Shown here piece by piece: positions 31,455-32,000 of a stretch of 32,000 nucleotides of DNA. The first letter of the stretch is position 1; each line of letters starts with the position of its first letter. The stretch is taken from NCBI GenBank assembly GCA_038735125.1, contig JAVYNU010000007.1:60546-92545 (forward strand). Direction: 5' to 3'. The translations under genes and the position numbers were made by a program. The stretch comes from Ignisphaera sp. (GTDB lineage Archaea > Thermoproteota > Thermoprotei_A > Sulfolobales > Ignisphaeraceae). The notes under the pieces are model-generated. The model saw only the letters and a list, made by a program, of their open reading frames with translations, had not been told where the DNA came from and ran no database searches.

Positions 31455-32000
31455 CTCTTTTTATCCTCTTCTCCAAGATCCCGAAATTCTTTCTTAATAG
31501 ACTCCTGGAGTTCTTTAATCTTCTTAGCATGCTCCAAAGCCTTATCAATGAGATCCTTACTAGCCTCAATACCACGTCTAACAAAGTAGGCAACAGCCTC
31601 GCTTCTACTCCTAAAAATACCTATATCAACAAGCTTATCAATAATCTCAAGCTCTCTCTTACCAATCCTTGTAGACACAACCTCTGTAACCCTCCTAGAA
31701 ATACTCTTCAAACCCTCTTCAATAGCCTCATCAACCTCTCTAAAAACACTATCAAGAGATTTTATAACATCGCCAAAAGATCTGATAAAAACGCTTGGCT
31801 TTTCCCCAAAACTTGGAATAGATATGAATATACTTGTGCCAAGGCCTCTAACCCTCTTAAACAATTCATTTAAACGCTTTGAAACACTATCAACAACATT
31901 GTTTATAGTCTCTTTAAAGTCGTTTAGAATAGCATCAAGATTTTCCTCATCAATGTTCCTGCTCAGTTCCTCGAGATCCTCTAGAGAGTCTCTAAGCTTC
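31451..32000 (-). CDS. ribbon-helix-helix (CopG-like) domain protein with an acidic coiled-coil N-region; 5' end outside the window
   Basis: VSTRIGKRELEIIDKLVDIGIFRSRSEAVAYFVRRGIE is an RHH motif. The reading frame stays open from 31864 up to position 32000 (…KLRDSLEDLEELSRNIDEENLDAILNDFKETINNVVDSVSKRLNELFKRV…). The TTG at 31864 in the ORF track is therefore probably not the real start. Confidence 0.6.
   Translation of the reverse strand, partial: KLRDSLEDLEELSRNIDEENLDAILNDFKETINNVVDSVSKRLNELFKRVRGLGTSIFISIPSFGEKPSVFIRSFGDVIKSLDSVFREVDEAIEEGLKSISRRVTEVVSTRIGKRELEIIDKLVDIGIFRSRSEAVAYFVRRGIEASKDLIDKALEHAKKIKELQESIKKEFRDLGEEDKKS

Noticed and set aside
1-32000. A search for tRNA, rRNA, CRISPR arrays, IS elements, integrases and in-frame TGA (selenocysteine) codons in the sulfur/selenium cluster.
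   Set aside because: I found none of the following:
- GC-rich structured islands of tRNA or rRNA type.
- Regularly spaced 24-37-bp repeats.
- Transposase or integrase motifs.
- Terminal inverted repeats.

All cluster genes are uninterrupted ORFs with Cys, not TGA, at their active sites.

Overview
This window is a gene-dense chromosomal segment of about 40 real genes. I infer a hyperthermophilic archaeon, probably crenarchaeal or Desulfurococcales-like. The grounds are Ile/Lys/Glu/Val-rich proteins, a TRASH-domain gene next to copA, a long O-phosphoserine-sulfhydrylase-type cysteine synthase, frequent ATGA and short gene overlaps, and GGTG-type ribosome-binding sites. I recognised no rRNA, tRNA, CRISPR array, transposase or integrase.

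The window divides into six blocks:
1. 1.3-3.6 kb: two VapBC-type toxin-antitoxin pairs and a retropepsin-like protease.
2. 5.0-9.6 kb: an oxygen/peroxide detoxification island (thioredoxin reductase, rubrerythrin, SfsA, hemerythrin-like protein, flavodiiron protein), followed by a decayed ferredoxin remnant.
3. 10.1-12.7 kb: a copper efflux pair (TRASH/YHS metallochaperone and P1B ATPase).
4. 12.8-15.3 kb: thiM-thiE-thiL.
5. 15.3-25.1 kb: the most interesting part, a dense chalcogen (sulfur or selenium) mobilisation supercluster.
6. 25.1-32.0 kb: mixed housekeeping genes (DHH phosphoesterase, Zn-ADH, TrmO-like, HtpX-like, MazG-like, CDF transporter, membrane protein, partial RHH protein).

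The supercluster holds these genes:
- An E1-like ThiF/MoeB enzyme.
- Three TusA-like proteins.
- A SelD-like (selenophosphate-synthetase-family) protein with a roughly 100-aa internal expansion, translationally coupled to a stand-alone acylphosphatase-like protein.
- A divergent YeeE/YedE transporter.
- An OPSS-type cysteine synthase carrying a degenerate ParB-like N-domain, next to a ParB-like gene broken by a perfect 13-bp tandem duplication.
- An ATGA-coupled iscU - tusA-like - iscS - HTH operon.

A near-identical palindrome (ATAACA-N-TGTTAT) sits just upstream of three of these transcription units, which suggests a shared regulator. All functional calls rest on by-eye motif recognition. 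No database search was possible.
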